The notes below the pieces were generated by a model. It was not told where the DNA came from, made no database searches, and saw only the letters and a list, made by a program, of their open reading frames with translations. The position numbers were made by a program, and so were the translations under genes. 24,204 bases of DNA from Pikeienuella sp. GTDB lineage: Bacteria > Pseudomonadota > Alphaproteobacteria > Rhodobacterales > Rhodobacteraceae. Location: contig JBKECG010000326.1 of assembly GCA_047974395.1 (NCBI GenBank), positions 1 to 24,204 of the forward strand, in the 5' to 3' direction. Shown here piece after piece: positions 22,743 through 24,204 of the stretch. Within the stretch, counting starts at the first letter, position 1; each line of letters starts with the position of its first letter.

Positions 22743-24026
22743 ATGGCGAAATCCACGAAACCGGCGCCGAGCCGGCGCAACGCGTTGAAACTGATCGGCG
22801 CGGGCGCGGGACTTGCGGCCGCGTCGCGGCTGATCGGCCCGGCCGGGGCGAGGACCCTGGCCCCGATCAGGATCGGCTTTCCGGTCCACCGCACCGGCAT
22901 CGGCGCCGCCTATGGCCGCTGGTATGAGCGCGTCACCATGGCCGCGGCGAAACGCATCAACGAGGCCGGCGGGATAAACGGCCGCCAGGTCAACATCTTC
23001 GCCGAGGATGACGGCACCGATCCGCGGCGCGGCGCCGAACTGGTGGAGAAATTCGCCAGCCAGCAATGCGACATCGTCTTCGGCACGCTGTTCAGCCATG
23101 TGGTGATCGGCTCCGCCCCGCGCGCCGCAGAGCTGAAGATTCCCAATTTCGTGGTCTCGGAAGGGCATCACGTCGCCTCCGGCATGCTGAACCGCTGGAC
23201 GATTCAGCCCGGCATCACCGATGTGAAAAGCCAGGTGCAGGCGATGGCGCCCTTCGTCGCCGGCAATCTGGGCAAGAAGGTCACGATGATCTTCCCCGAT
23301 TTCGCCTTCGGCCATGACCACCGCGATTATTTCTCGGCCGCGGTCGAAGCCCAGGGCGGCGAGGTGCTGGCGAAGATCGCGATCCCGCCGACCGAGACCT
23401 CCTTCACCCGCTATTTCCCCAGGATTCCGCGCGGGACCGAGGTGATCTACCATGTCATGGTCGGCCCCGCGGTCCTGACCTTCGTGAAGGAGCTGGGCGA
23501 GTTCTACGGGCCGAACGCGCCGGCGCTCTTCGGCTTCATCGACAGTCTCGAAGCGGTGGACCTCGCCTCTCCGGGGCTGGAGTTCCTGGAAGGCAGCTAT
23601 TTCTGGGAAGGGCATCCGCGCGACGCGCAGGCCGACCAGACCAGCCATGACAGGCTCTACCGCGAAGCGGTGGGGGTGGACGAACGCGGCGCGTCCGTCG
23701 ATGACCCGCGCAATATCTCCACCTACAGCCACATGTTCGGCTGCTGGGAGACGCTGAACGTCGTCAAGGCGGCGATGGAGACCGCCGATTACCGCTCGAT
23801 CGAGGATCGCGCCAAGCTGATCGAGGCGGTCGAGGCGATGACCGACATGCCGCTTTCGGACGATCATCCGCAGGGCGACAAGATCTTCAACGGCAGGACC
23901 CATCAGGTCTTCGGCCGGCAGCATATCTCGAAAGTGGAGAACGGCAGGCTGGTCGTCCAGCATACGACCTCGATCGAGGAGACCTTCTACGAGGACGAGG
24001 TCGACTACACCAAGATGTCCTTCTGA
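22743..24026 (+). CDS. ABC transporter substrate-binding protein, branched-chain amino acid (LivJ/K)-like family, with twin-arginine (Tat) signal peptide
   Basis: About 427 aa from ATG 22743 (AGGAG RBS 9 nt upstream). N-terminal SRRNALKLIGAGAGLAAAS is a Tat-type signal. Type I periplasmic-binding fold motifs (IVFGTLFSHV, VKSQVQAMAPFV). Followed by a livH-like permease. Confidence 0.8.
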   Translation: MAKSTKPAPSRRNALKLIGAGAGLAAASRLIGPAGARTLAPIRIGFPVHRTGIGAAYGRWYERVTMAAAKRINEAGGINGRQVNIFAEDDGTDPRRGAELVEKFASQQCDIVFGTLFSHVVIGSAPRAAELKIPNFVVSEGHHVASGMLNRWTIQPGITDVKSQVQAMAPFVAGNLGKKVTMIFPDFAFGHDHRDYFSAAVEAQGGEVLAKIAIPPTETSFTRYFPRIPRGTEVIYHVMVGPAVLTFVKELGEFYGPNAPALFGFIDSLEAVDLASPGLEFLEGSYFWEGHPRDAQADQTSHDRLYREAVGVDERGASVDDPRNISTYSHMFGCWETLNVVKAAMETADYRSIEDRAKLIEAVEAMTDMPLSDDHPQGDKIFNGRTHQVFGRQHISKVENGRLVVQHTTSIEETFYEDEVDYTKMSF

Positions 24027-24046
24027 ACGCGGATACGCGACGGCGC

Positions 24047-24204
24047 ATGGATTTCGGCCCCTATCTCCTGCTGGCCTCGCTCGAAGGCGCGGTCGCGGCC
24101 GCCGTGCTGGCGCTGACCGCGGTCGGGCTGTCGCTGGTCTTCGGGGTGATGCGCGTCGTCAATGTCGCGCATGGCGAGGTCTTCATGCTCGGCGCCGTCA
24201 GCGC
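24047..24204 (+). CDS. Branched-chain amino acid ABC transporter permease (LivH-like), N-terminal fragment (continues beyond window)
   Basis: MDFGPYLLLASLEGAVAAAVLALTAVGLSLVFGVMRVVNVAHGEVFMLGA matches the conserved LivH N-terminus (LxxGxxYALxAxGLxLxFGvmxxxNFAHGexxMLGA). Confidence 0.8.
   Translation, partial: MDFGPYLLLASLEGAVAAAVLALTAVGLSLVFGVMRVVNVAHGEVFMLGAVS

Noticed and set aside
22596-23963. 455-aa minus-strand ORF opposite the Liv-type SBP gene
   Set aside because: Shadow ORF. The plus-strand frame has an RBS, a Tat signal and SBP motifs.

Overview
This is a high-GC (about 68%) chromosomal segment that looks alphaproteobacterial, probably Rhodobacterales-like, and is densely coding with many 4-nt start/stop overlaps (GTGA, ATGA). 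The features run in order as follows.

- folC (5'-partial at the window edge, minus strand) and accD (minus strand).
- A hotdog-fold thioesterase and a small acidic ORF with a strong Shine-Dalgarno.
- A tightly coupled 4-gene operon: class IV (BCAT-like) aminotransferase, NTF2/SnoaL-like protein, GNAT acetyltransferase, nitrilase-superfamily (omega-amidase-like) hydrolase.
- A convergent flavin reductase and a divergent class III (omega) aminotransferase.
- A convergent UPF0261 (Tm-1-like) gene.
- An RND efflux pair (membrane fusion protein plus permease) with no outer-membrane factor or local regulator.
- A soluble SPFH/band-7 protein with an N-terminal extension, on the minus strand.
- A roughly 750-bp GC-rich, hairpin-rich intergenic region carrying two tRNA-derived fragments on the minus strand, including a degenerate tRNA-Phe-like pseudogene.
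- A phasin gene (minus strand) whose promoter region holds a palindrome.
- zur-znuC-znuB preceded by a Zur-box-like palindrome.
- A 1,125-aa beta-helix plus RTX protein on the minus strand. It has four reiterated RTX/T1SS-target-like modules and a (GGGET)x7 linker encoded by a 15-bp tandem repeat, and it overlaps znuB convergently by 11 nt.
- A roughly 450-bp AT-rich region (GC well below the window average).
- bfd-bfr (bacterioferritin-associated ferredoxin and bacterioferritin).
- A Tat-signal Liv-type substrate-binding protein and the start of a livH-like permease.

There are no CRISPR arrays, rRNA genes, intact tRNA genes or recognisable transposase or integrase genes. Several long antisense ORFs in the six-frame track are GC-bias shadow ORFs and were rejected. 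The most system-like novelty candidates are the aminotransferase/NTF2/GNAT/amidase operon, the modular RTX beta-helix protein with its AT-rich flank, and the structured tRNA-relic region upstream of the atypical SPFH gene.
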